This document shows positions 35,377 to 43,675 of a stretch of DNA of 43,865 nt, piece after piece; positions within the stretch are counted from its first letter, which is position 1; each line of letters begins with the position of its first letter. The notes beneath the pieces were generated by a model, which saw only the letters and a list, made by a program, of their open reading frames with translations, ran no database searches and was not told the origin of the DNA. Source of the DNA: a phage; NCBI GenBank assembly GCA_032298335.1, contig GCA_032298335.1_4702.1; one strand, given 5' to 3'. The position numbers and the translations under genes are program-made.

Positions 35377-35659
35377 ACATGCAGCTACAGAGGATGAGGT
35401 TGGCATTCTGCATGGTGCTATTACCAAAATCTTCAATAAGAAAGCACAGGCAATACTGGACACTATAGAAGAAGACCCTGATGCAGCATTACATTTAGTG
35501 TCTGGTAAGGATATTGGTGCGATGTGTAAGTGGGTTCTTGATAACGGCATTACCGCCACACCTGCTGCACAGCAGGAAGAGTCCAAGTTATCTAAGCGCC
35601 TCAAGGCTATCCGAGAGGCATCCAGTGGTAAGATAATTCAATTCACTAAGGAGGATTGA
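35360..35659 (+). CDS. Terminase small subunit (gp18-like)
   Basis: 99 aa ORF immediately upstream of, and coupled to, the large terminase gene; GTG start with an AGGAGAG ribosome-binding site. Confidence 0.6.
   Translation: MSVHNKHAATEDEVGILHGAITKIFNKKAQAILDTIEEDPDAALHLVSGKDIGAMCKWVLDNGITATPAAQQEESKLSKRLKAIREASSGKIIQFTKED
35451..35471 (+). promoter_or_regulatory. Internal phage promoter inside the small terminase gene
   Basis: CAATACTGGACACTATAGAAG: the 18-nt core is identical to the consensus, the upstream 3 nt differ. Confidence 0.55.
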
Positions 35660-37557
35660 TGGCTAAGGCAAGAGAATCACAAGCGGAGGCTCTTGCCAGA
35701 TGGGAGATGCTACAGGAGTTACAGCAGACCTTTCCTTTCACAGCGGAAGGTTTGCTTCTCTTTGCAGATACAGTTATTCATAACTTAATTGCAGGCAACC
35801 CTCATCTGATTCGTATGCAGGCGGATATCTTGAAGTTCCTATTTTACGGACACAAGTACCGCCTCATCGAAGCGCCTCGTGGTATCGCTAAGACAACACT
35901 ATCAGCAATCTATACGGTATTCCGTATTATTCATGAACCGCATAAGCGTATCATGGTTGTGTCCCAAAACGCCAAGCGAGCAGAGGAAATCGCAGGTTGG
36001 GTAGTTAAAATCTTCCGTGGCTTAGACTTTCTTGAGTTTATGCTGCCGGATATCTACGCTGGGGACCGTGCATCCGTTAAGGCGTTTGAGATTCATTACA
36101 CCCTACGTGGTAGTGATAAGTCTCCTTCTGTATCCTGTTACTCAATCCAAGCAAGTATGCAGGGTGCTCGTGCTGATATTATTCTAGCGGATGACGTAGA
36201 GTCGATGCAGAATGCTCGTACGGCAGCGGGCCGTGCCTTGCTTGAGGAACTGACTAAGGAGTTTGAATCTATCAACCAGTTTGGGGATATCATTTACCTT
36301 GGTACACCTCAGAACGTAAACTCTATCTACAACAACCTACCTGCTCGTGGTTACTCTGTTCGTATCTGGACTGCGCGTTACCCTTCAGTAGAGCAAGAGC
36401 AATGTTATGGCGACTTCCTTGCACCTATGATTGTGCAGAATATGAAGGACAACCCAGCACTGCGCTCAGGGTACGGGTTGGATGGTAATAGTGGTGCACC
36501 TTGTGCCCCTGAAATGTATGATGATGAAGTCCTGATTGAGAAGGAAATCTCTCAGGGTGCTGCTAAGTTCCAGCTTCAGTTCATGCTTAACACTCGCATG
36601 ATGGATGCTGACAGATACCCATTACGCCTGAACAATCTAATCTTCACCTCGTTTGGTACAGAGGAAGTCCCTGTGATGCCTACGTGGAGTAATGATTCCA
36701 TAAACATCATTGGTGATGCACCTAAGTATGGTAACAAGCCTACGGATTTCATGTACAGACCTGTAGCTCGCCCATACGAATGGGGTACTGTCTCCCGCAA
36801 GATTATGTATATTGACCCTGCGGGTGGCGGTAAGAATGGGGATGAGACGGGTGTGGCTATCGTATTCCTGCACGGCACATTCATTTACGTGTATCAGTGC
36901 TTCGGTGTGCCGGGTGGATACCGCGAATCGTCCCTGAATCGCATTGTGCAGGCCGCAAAGCAGGCGGGTGTTAAAGAGGTATTCATTGAGAAGAACTTTG
37001 GTCATGGCGCGTTTGAGGCGGTAATTAAGCCGTACTTTGAACGAGAGTGGCCTGTAACGCTGGAAGAGGATTACGCCACCGGACAGAAAGAGTTGCGTAT
37101 CATTGAGACGCTGGAGCCGCTCATGGCAGCCCATAGGCTTATCTTCAATGCAGAGATGGTGAAGTCAGACTTTGAGTCGGTACAGCACTATCCGCTTGAA
37201 CTACGCATGTCCTACAGTCTTTTCAATCAAATGTCGAACATAACGATTGAGAAGAACAGCCTCCGGCACGATGACCGCCTAGACGCCCTGTATGGCGCTA
37301 TACGGCAATTAACTTCTCAGATAGACTATGACGAGGTTACACGGATTAATCGCCTCAGAGCGCAGGAGATGCGAGATTACATCCATGCTATGAACACACC
37401 TCATCTACGCAGGGCAATGCTATATGGGGATTACGGTACTGAGCGAAGAGTGACCAACACTTCCGTAGCGATGCAGCAGCGAGTTTACGGGCAGAACTAC
37501 CGAAATAAATCGGCAAGCAGAAATACACTTTCTGCAAGGATTTCAAGGACTTATTAA
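35659..37557 (+). CDS. Terminase large subunit (gp19-like)
   Basis: 632 aa; ATPase N-terminal half and nuclease C-terminal half expected from size and position; ATG overlaps the small-subunit stop. Confidence 0.9.
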   Translation: MAKARESQAEALARWEMLQELQQTFPFTAEGLLLFADTVIHNLIAGNPHLIRMQADILKFLFYGHKYRLIEAPRGIAKTTLSAIYTVFRIIHEPHKRIMVVSQNAKRAEEIAGWVVKIFRGLDFLEFMLPDIYAGDRASVKAFEIHYTLRGSDKSPSVSCYSIQASMQGARADIILADDVESMQNARTAAGRALLEELTKEFESINQFGDIIYLGTPQNVNSIYNNLPARGYSVRIWTARYPSVEQEQCYGDFLAPMIVQNMKDNPALRSGYGLDGNSGAPCAPEMYDDEVLIEKEISQGAAKFQLQFMLNTRMMDADRYPLRLNNLIFTSFGTEEVPVMPTWSNDSINIIGDAPKYGNKPTDFMYRPVARPYEWGTVSRKIMYIDPAGGGKNGDETGVAIVFLHGTFIYVYQCFGVPGGYRESSLNRIVQAAKQAGVKEVFIEKNFGHGAFEAVIKPYFEREWPVTLEEDYATGQKELRIIETLEPLMAAHRLIFNAEMVKSDFESVQHYPLELRMSYSLFNQMSNITIEKNSLRHDDRLDALYGAIRQLTSQIDYDEVTRINRLRAQEMRDYIHAMNTPHLRRAMLYGDYGTERRVTNTSVAMQQRVYGQNYRNKSASRNTLSARISRTY

Positions 37558-37576
37558 TTACTGGACACTATAGAAG
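37556..37576 (+). promoter_or_regulatory. Phage RNA polymerase promoter after the terminase gene
   Basis: AATTACTGGACACTATAGAAG; overlaps the terminase stop. Confidence 0.85.
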
Positions 37577-37649
37577 GAAGGCCCAGATAATAAGAGAAAT
37601 AATAGGTAATATATAGGTTAACCTAGGTTATATAGGTATGCCTTAGTAT

Positions 37650-37669
37650 AGGTGTACTCCTGTACACCT
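37650..37669. repeat. Hairpin-forming inverted repeat AGGTGTAC-TCCT-GTACACCT
   Basis: 8-bp perfect stem with a 4-nt loop in the AT-rich leader after the promoter, followed by a tandem TACCTTAC x2. Confidence 0.7.
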
Positions 37670-37721
37670 TATTCATTACTACCTTACTACCTTACTATAT
37701 TTACATAATAGGAGAGAGACA

Positions 37722-37997
37722 ATGGCTAATGATTATAGTAGTCAACCATTAACAGGTAAGTCTAAGAGAAAGCAGGTACAACCTGTAAGTGAAGAACTAA
37801 TGCTTCCGGTAATCAAAAAAGAGGAAGCTAGTAAGAAAAGCAATGTCATTAATGATGCCACCAAATCAGGTAAACAGAAAGGGGCCATGGTGTGCCTTGA
37901 AGTGGAAGGTGTATTGAAGATTGCTATAGCGGTTGATGGCAAAGAAGATTCAGCGTGGAAGTTAGTAACAAGCGGACCAGCTGTTAACCCAGTTTAA
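37722..37997 (+). CDS. Small protein, paralog A (91 aa)
   Basis: Shares SGKQKGAMV ... IA(I/V)A ... SW core with the next ORF; good ribosome-binding site. Confidence 0.6.
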   Translation: MANDYSSQPLTGKSKRKQVQPVSEELMLPVIKKEEASKKSNVINDATKSGKQKGAMVCLEVEGVLKIAIAVDGKEDSAWKLVTSGPAVNPV

Positions 37998-38015
37998 GAT
38001 AAGGAGGAAGATTAC

Positions 38016-38309
38016 ATGGCTAAATATGGTACTACAGGTTCTGTTACTGGTCAGGCTTTTCGAGTAAAAGCAGTACAAACTATTGCAACGGCAATCCCTG
38101 TGCCTGTTGTTAAAGAAGCAGACCTTAAGAGTAAAGATCACCCTATCAACATCAAACACCTGTCAGGTAAGCAGAAAGGCGCAATGGTTGCTGTTGAGAG
38201 AGATGGCACAATCGTGCATATTGCTGTTGCACGTGGTAGTGAACCAACAGACTCTTGGGATGTAACTGGTATGGAAGAGGCCGCTGTCACTCCAGCAGGT
38301 AGAGATTAA
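38016..38309 (+). CDS. Small protein, paralog B (97 aa)
   Basis: Tandem paralog of 37722-37997; good ribosome-binding site. Confidence 0.6.
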   Translation: MAKYGTTGSVTGQAFRVKAVQTIATAIPVPVVKEADLKSKDHPINIKHLSGKQKGAMVAVERDGTIVHIAVARGSEPTDSWDVTGMEEAAVTPAGRD

Positions 38310-38653
38310 TGCTTAACAAATACTTCAAGCGTAAAGAGTTCGCTTGCCGTTGTGGGTGCGGTACATCCACTGTTGATGCTGAATTACTACAGGTAGTCAC
38401 AGATGTGCGTGAGCACTTTGGTTCTCCTGTAGTTATCACTTCGGGGCACCGCTGTGCTAAGCACAATGCTAATGTAGGAGGAGCTAAGAACTCCATGCAT
38501 CTTACTGGTAAGGCTGCTGACATTAAGGTGTCTGGTGTTGGCCCAATGGAGGTACGTGCATACCTCTGCAATAAATACCATGATAAGTACGGTATTGGTG
38601 CTTATCCTACTTTTACCCATATCGACGTTAGAGATAACAAAGCAAGATGGTAA
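38309..38653 (+). CDS. Endolysin, peptidase M15-type cell-wall peptidase
   Basis: 114 aa; KEFACRCGCG ... SGHRC ... H ... GKAADI ... H pattern typical of zinc D-Ala-D-Ala carboxypeptidase-like phage endolysins. Confidence 0.8.
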   Translation: MLNKYFKRKEFACRCGCGTSTVDAELLQVVTDVREHFGSPVVITSGHRCAKHNANVGGAKNSMHLTGKAADIKVSGVGPMEVRAYLCNKYHDKYGIGAYPTFTHIDVRDNKARW

Positions 38654-38761
38654 GATGCATTGAATGGTGTGAACGCATGGTTGCTAAGGCTTCAGAGGAA
38701 GGTAACTATGAAGATTGGCAGAACTACTCAACTTTATTAGCACAATGGAAAGGGAGGTGCA

Positions 38762-38910
38762 ATGAAAAAGCTGTTCAAATCTAAGAAGGTTGTAGGTGCA
38801 CTAGTTGCATTGGCAATTGCTCTTGTTTCTGTAGGTCTTGGTGTAGACCTTGGCTCTGGCACGGAATCCTCTGTGACAGATGTGGTCTGCCAAGTGATCA
38901 CCTGTGAATA
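38762..38910 (+). CDS. Small membrane protein (49 aa), possible second holin or antiholin
   Basis: GGGAGG ribosome-binding site; basic N-terminus then one hydrophobic helix VVGALVALAIALVSVGLGV. Confidence 0.45.
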
Positions 38911-39125
38911 AGTTTCTAGAAGTTCTGGCAGGTCTTATTGGCCTGCTTGTCTCTGCTAAGAAGAAACAAGAAGAGAAGGAGGCACAAAGTGAAGCGAATC
39001 ATGTTAGTGACAACCCTTCTGATTGGTTCGCTGACCACTTCCGGGTGTCAGCAGGCGTTACCAGAGAAAGCAATGGTGAAACCTCTGAGGCCGACGCTGA
39101 CGGAAGTTTACGAGGTAGACGATAA
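38904..39125 (+). CDS. Inner-membrane spanin-like protein (Rz-like, 73 aa)
   Basis: GTG start; N-terminal transmembrane helix FLEVLAGLIGLLVSA then a charged periplasmic part; overlaps the lipoprotein ORF. Confidence 0.45.
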   Translation: MNKFLEVLAGLIGLLVSAKKKQEEKEAQSEANHVSDNPSDWFADHFRVSAGVTRESNGETSEADADGSLRGRR

Positions 39126-39198
39126 GGTCTGCTTTAGTAAGCCTGACGCTACAAAATTAGGTTTGTATATTCTTTCGCTGGAACGCGGATATAATTAA
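38989..39198 (+). CDS. Outer-membrane lipoprotein spanin (Rz1-like)
   Basis: Signal peptide MKRIMLVTTLLIGSLTTSGC with a lipobox Cys; embedded in and extending past the Rz-like frame; AAGGAGG ribosome-binding site before a GTG start. Confidence 0.6.
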   Translation: MKRIMLVTTLLIGSLTTSGCQQALPEKAMVKPLRPTLTEVYEVDDKVCFSKPDATKLGLYILSLERGYN

Positions 39199-39227
39199 TA
39201 CATAGCTTTATGTATCAGTGTCTTACG

Positions 39228-39248
39228 ATTTACTGGACACTATAGAAG
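39228..39248 (+). promoter_or_regulatory. Phage RNA polymerase promoter upstream of the tailspike genes
   Basis: Exact consensus ATTTACTGGACACTATAGAAG. Confidence 0.85.
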
Positions 39249-39329
39249 AGATAAGATAGCGCCGTTCTTTTGAGCGGCCTATTACTAGCCAATCTTCATA
39301 GGGAGGGTTGGAAAGTAATAGGAGATAGT

Positions 39330-41228
39330 ATGGCTAAATTAACCAAACCTAATACTGAAGGAATCTTGCATAAAGGACAATCTTTGTATGAGTACCTTGA
39401 TGCGAGAGTTTTAACATCAAAGCCGTTTGGTGCTGCAGGTGACGCCACTACTGATGATACGGAGGTTATAGCTGCTTCATTAAACTCTCAGAAAGCTGTC
39501 ACAGTCTCAGACGGTGTATTCTCTAGCTCTGGTATTAATAGTAATTACTGTAACTTAGACGGTAGGGGTAGTGGCGTGCTAAGTCACCGTTCCAGTACAG
39601 GTAACTACTTAGTATTTAACAATCTACGTGCAGGTCGCTTAAGTAATATTACGGTAGAAAGTAATAAGGCGACTGATACAACTCAGGGACAGCAGGTATC
39701 TCTTGCTGGTGGAAGTGATGTTACTGTAAGTGACGTTAACTTCTCAAACGTTAAAGGTACTGGTTTCAGTTTAATCGCATACCCTAATGATGCGCCACCT
39801 GATGGACTTATGATTAAAGGCATTCGAGGTCGCTATTCCGGCTATGCTACTAATAAGGCAGCTGGATGCGTACTTGCTGACTCCTCAGTTAACTCCCTCA
39901 TAGATAACGTCATTGCTAAGAACTACCCTCAGTTTGGAGCAGTAGAGTTGAAAGGTACAGCCAGTTACAACATAGTCAGTAATGTTATAGGGGCAGATTG
40001 CCAGCATGTAACTTACAACGGCACTGAAGGGCCAATAGCTCCTTCTAATAACCTTATCAATGGGGTAGTGGCTAATAATCCTAAGTATGCAGCGGTTGTT
40101 GCAGGCAAAGGTAGTACGAACTTAATATCAGATGTGCTCGTAGATTACTCAACCTCTGATGCTAGGCAGGCTCATGGTGTTACAGTAGAGGGGTCTGATA
40201 ACGTCATAAATAATGTGCTTATGTCAGGATGTGATGGTACTAACTCTTTAGGACAAAGGCAGACTGCTACAATTGCACGCTTTATAGGTACAGCTAATAA
40301 CAACTATGCGTCTGTATTTCCTAGCTACAGTGCTACAGGTGTTATTACTTTCGAATCCGGCTCTACCCGTAACTTCGTAGAGGTAAAGCACCCTGGCAGG
40401 AGAAACGACCTTCTCAGTTCTGCTAGCACTATTGACGGTGCAGCTACTATTGACGGCACTAATAATAGTAACGTAGTGCACGCACCTGCCTTAGGGCAGT
40501 ACATAGGTAGTATGTCAGGTAGGTTCGAATGGCGGATTAAGTCCATGTCACTCCCTTCAGGCGTTCTTACTTCTAATGATAAGTACAGAATGCTTGGGGA
40601 TGGTGCTGTATCATTAGCTTTAGGTGGGGGTACTTCTTCTCAAGTTCGCCTATTTACTTCTGATGGTACTTCTCGTACAGTGTCCCTCACCAAAGGTAAC
40701 GTGCGTCTTTCTACCAGTAGCACAGGCTATTTGCAGTTAGGTGCTGATGCAATGACCCCAGATAGTACTGGTACATACGCATTAGGTTCCGCCAGTCGAG
40801 CATGGTCTGGAGGTTTTACTCAAGCAGCATTCACTGTTACATCAGATGCTCGGTGTAAAACAGAACCTCTTACTATCTCAGATGCCTTACTGGATGCTTG
40901 GTCTGAAGTTGACTTTGTGCAGTTTCAGTATTTGGATCGTGTTGAGGAGAAGGGTGCAGACTCAGCTAGATGGCACTTCGGTATCATCGCTCAGCGAGCT
41001 AAGGAGGCTTTCGAACGCCACGGTATAGATGCACATCGCTATGGCTTCTTGTGCTTCGACAGTTGGGATGATGTATACGAGGAAGATGCCAATGGCTCTC
41101 GTAAACTGATTACACCAGCAGGTTCACGCTACGGTATTCGTTACGAGGAAGTACTGATATTAGAGGCTGCGTTGATGCGGAGGACTATCAAGCGTATGCA
41201 GGAAGCACTAGCTTCCCTGCCTAAGTGA
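39330..41228 (+). CDS. Tailspike 1 with C-terminal intramolecular chaperone domain
   Basis: 632 aa; beta-helix-like repeats rich in Gly/Ser/Thr/Asn; the C-terminal roughly 130 aa (TSDAR ... GIIAQRAKEAF ... RYGIRYEEVLILEAALM) resemble the self-cleaving chaperone domain of endosialidase and K5-lyase tailspikes. Confidence 0.85.
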   Translation: MAKLTKPNTEGILHKGQSLYEYLDARVLTSKPFGAAGDATTDDTEVIAASLNSQKAVTVSDGVFSSSGINSNYCNLDGRGSGVLSHRSSTGNYLVFNNLRAGRLSNITVESNKATDTTQGQQVSLAGGSDVTVSDVNFSNVKGTGFSLIAYPNDAPPDGLMIKGIRGRYSGYATNKAAGCVLADSSVNSLIDNVIAKNYPQFGAVELKGTASYNIVSNVIGADCQHVTYNGTEGPIAPSNNLINGVVANNPKYAAVVAGKGSTNLISDVLVDYSTSDARQAHGVTVEGSDNVINNVLMSGCDGTNSLGQRQTATIARFIGTANNNYASVFPSYSATGVITFESGSTRNFVEVKHPGRRNDLLSSASTIDGAATIDGTNNSNVVHAPALGQYIGSMSGRFEWRIKSMSLPSGVLTSNDKYRMLGDGAVSLALGGGTSSQVRLFTSDGTSRTVSLTKGNVRLSTSSTGYLQLGADAMTPDSTGTYALGSASRAWSGGFTQAAFTVTSDARCKTEPLTISDALLDAWSEVDFVQFQYLDRVEEKGADSARWHFGIIAQRAKEAFERHGIDAHRYGFLCFDSWDDVYEEDANGSRKLITPAGSRYGIRYEEVLILEAALMRRTIKRMQEALASLPK

Positions 41229-41313
41229 GAGACAGGTAGTGCGTAAGCACTGCTTTTCACGCAACTTTTCTTAAAGGTTATCATGGTGGTAGCCTTTCAG
41301 AAGAGGAGGTTAC

Positions 41314-43026
41314 ATGCTTCAAAGATTAAGTGCTTACTTGGTGAAGTACAAGAGTAAACTAACAGGTACTATTGAGCGCCTGCTATCTGATAAACTATCG
41401 GATACAATAGATGTTGCGGATTTTGGAGTTACTCCATCTTCCAATGACAACAGGCAAGCACTTCAAGCTGCGTTCAATGCAGTCAGAGTGTTAGGCGGTG
41501 GCACTGTATTAGTCACTAAAGCTGGAAAATACAAACTCAGTGGTACTGTTGAGATATTTGCTAATACACACTTCAAGGTTGCTAAAGGTGTAACATTTGT
41601 ACGTGACTACGAAACAGGAGATACGCTATTCAGATTATCACAAGGGCAAGCTAGTAATGTAACAGTCAGTGGAGGTATCTATGAAGGCAATGGTCACACT
41701 AAGGGAGATACACCTTTTGTAGTATTTGCATCTACTAGTAATAATGATTTGAAGTTTGAAGGCATAACAGTTAACAATGTAGTGGACTACCACGCCATAG
41801 ATTTAGCAGATTGGAACAACGTAGTTATTCGTGATTGTAAATTCCTAGGTTTTAAGAATACAGGCAGTCGTAACTTCTCAGAGGCTATACAGTTAGACCC
41901 AGGTCTTATTACAGTTGGTCACTATGTACAGTCAAGTGGTATGCTGGTGGAGAATTGCTATGCTGGTCCAAACACAGAATCAGGGTTTGGAGGTTATGGT
42001 GCACTAATTGGAAATCACGCCTCAGCTTACGGTGTACAGGACAACAATATCCGTATCTTGAATTGCACTACAGATGGTGCTCTCTTTGCAGGTGTACGTG
42101 TATTTAACTGGAAAAACTGGACAGTGCGTGGTTGCACATTTAGGAACTCTAATGCAAGAGGTGTCCATGTTACACCTGTCTCATCTCAGACTAAACCGCA
42201 GGGTACTCGACAAGGTAGTATTGTAGATTGCACTTTTGATGGCGTAAGGACACCAGTGCTAATTGCTGCACCATCTTGGCCTTTTACTGATATTAGTGAC
42301 ATTTGGCATGACCATATTGAAATTTCTAATAATACTATGATCCTCACAGAGGATGCATCCTATGGTGTAGATGCAAGGTGGTGTAAGAATTTAATTGTAA
42401 AAGGTAATACAGGCTCTGGCGGCTTAGGTTTAATCGGTTTACGCTTTGGGACAAAATACCACATCGAAGGTAATACTTGGGAGAACGGAAGAGGTAGTGG
42501 GATTTGGTTAGGTGAGTCTGATGCTACTACATTCATTGGTACTGGATTATCGGGCGAAGGTGTACTTAGTCGTAATATCCTCTCTAAATTAGGGCAATAT
42601 GGTATTCATGTAAACTGCAAGGTTGGCGGTCTAGTGATTAAGGCTAATAATATGAAGGAAGTATCTACAGCTGAAGCAGGTATGCACTTCATTAGCATAG
42701 ACACAGGAGCTAACAACATCCTAGTAGAGGGTAATATTGGAGTAGATGGAGAAAGCCCTAACAAGCCAAGCCTTGGTATTCGTGTTACTTCTTCTTGTTC
42801 CAATATTAAACTCATTGGCAATGATTGCTATGGTACACAGGCGCCTCAGAATAACCAAGGAGTTGGTTCTAGTACGGTGATTGTTTATGGACTAAATGGC
42901 AACCCTACAACTTTAGGCGTAGGTGCACCTGTAGGCTCTTTAGCAACTGATATCAATGGTTCTGGTGGTAGTACATTGTACGTTAAAGAATCTGGTACAT
43001 CTGCTCAAGGTTGGGTTGCAAAGTAG
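41314..43026 (+). CDS. Tailspike 2, right-handed beta-helix (pectate-lyase-like) putative depolymerase
   Basis: 570 aa; N-terminal VADFGVTPSSNDNRQALQAAFNAV ... GGGTVLV typical of pectate-lyase-fold tailspikes; repeated beta-helix rungs; no T7 gp17-like tail-attachment domain. Confidence 0.8.
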   Translation: MLQRLSAYLVKYKSKLTGTIERLLSDKLSDTIDVADFGVTPSSNDNRQALQAAFNAVRVLGGGTVLVTKAGKYKLSGTVEIFANTHFKVAKGVTFVRDYETGDTLFRLSQGQASNVTVSGGIYEGNGHTKGDTPFVVFASTSNNDLKFEGITVNNVVDYHAIDLADWNNVVIRDCKFLGFKNTGSRNFSEAIQLDPGLITVGHYVQSSGMLVENCYAGPNTESGFGGYGALIGNHASAYGVQDNNIRILNCTTDGALFAGVRVFNWKNWTVRGCTFRNSNARGVHVTPVSSQTKPQGTRQGSIVDCTFDGVRTPVLIAAPSWPFTDISDIWHDHIEISNNTMILTEDASYGVDARWCKNLIVKGNTGSGGLGLIGLRFGTKYHIEGNTWENGRGSGIWLGESDATTFIGTGLSGEGVLSRNILSKLGQYGIHVNCKVGGLVIKANNMKEVSTAEAGMHFISIDTGANNILVEGNIGVDGESPNKPSLGIRVTSSCSNIKLIGNDCYGTQAPQNNQGVGSSTVIVYGLNGNPTTLGVGAPVGSLATDINGSGGSTLYVKESGTSAQGWVAK

Positions 43027-43037
43027 TAGGAAGTTGA

Positions 43038-43187
43038 ATGCCATTAATCAAATCAGTTAAGCAAAGTGCTGTACGCCAGAACACAGAAGAGCTTATTCAA
43101 TCAGGACGTGACCCTAAGCAAGCTTATGCCATTGCCAAGGATGTTCAACGTCGTGCCTTGAAGAAACCTTCTGCATCTTCTGCGTAA
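43038..43187 (+). CDS. Small basic hypothetical protein (49 aa)
   Basis: Short ORF with an AGGAAG ribosome-binding site. Confidence 0.35.
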   Translation: MPLIKSVKQSAVRQNTEELIQSGRDPKQAYAIAKDVQRRALKKPSASSA

Positions 43188-43213
43188 GCAGGTTAATATC
43201 TTAGGAGGTAATT

Positions 43214-43675
43214 ATGGAAGTTTGGAGGCCTATTGCTGGTATACCAGATTACATGGTTTCCTCCTTTGGTCGTGTTAGATCTCATAAAAGAGGTAAGGTT
43301 ACTATACTAAACCCTCCGCACGACAAAGGGGGTTATCGTAATGTTGTGCTACGTGTTAATGGTGAAAAGATAAATCGCAAGGTACATAGGCTTGTGGCAG
43401 AGGCTTTCTTACCTAATCCTCACGGTTTACCTCAAGTAAATCACAAGGATGAAGTAAGAGACAATAATCATGTAAGTAATCTGGAGTGGTGTGATTGTGC
43501 ATACAACGTAGATTACTCTCAAGCAGCTACTTATACTGTGATGTGCCCTAAAGGTAATATCTTAGTAGTAAGGAATGTGGCTAAGTTTTGTAGGGAAAAC
43601 GGATTAAGCAGTGGTTCTTTTACAGATATGCTTAAGGGGAGACGTAAGCAACATAAGGGTTATCGCTTAGTGTAA
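43214..43675 (+). CDS. HNH homing endonuclease (second copy)
   Basis: HRLVAEAF ... NP ... PQVNHKD ... NLEW HNH motif; C-terminal FCRENGL ... KG(R)RKQHKG block shared with the 8175-8663 protein; AT-rich. Confidence 0.85.
   Translation: MEVWRPIAGIPDYMVSSFGRVRSHKRGKVTILNPPHDKGGYRNVVLRVNGEKINRKVHRLVAEAFLPNPHGLPQVNHKDEVRDNNHVSNLEWCDCAYNVDYSQAATYTVMCPKGNILVVRNVAKFCRENGLSSGSFTDMLKGRRKQHKGYRLV

Noticed and set aside
36637-37134. 165-aa minus-strand ORF inside the large terminase gene
   Set aside because: Lies within a confidently assigned + strand gene; no independent support.
38677-38784. 35-aa ORF between the endolysin and the small membrane protein
   Set aside because: No ribosome-binding site, and it overlaps the well-supported start of the 38762 ORF.
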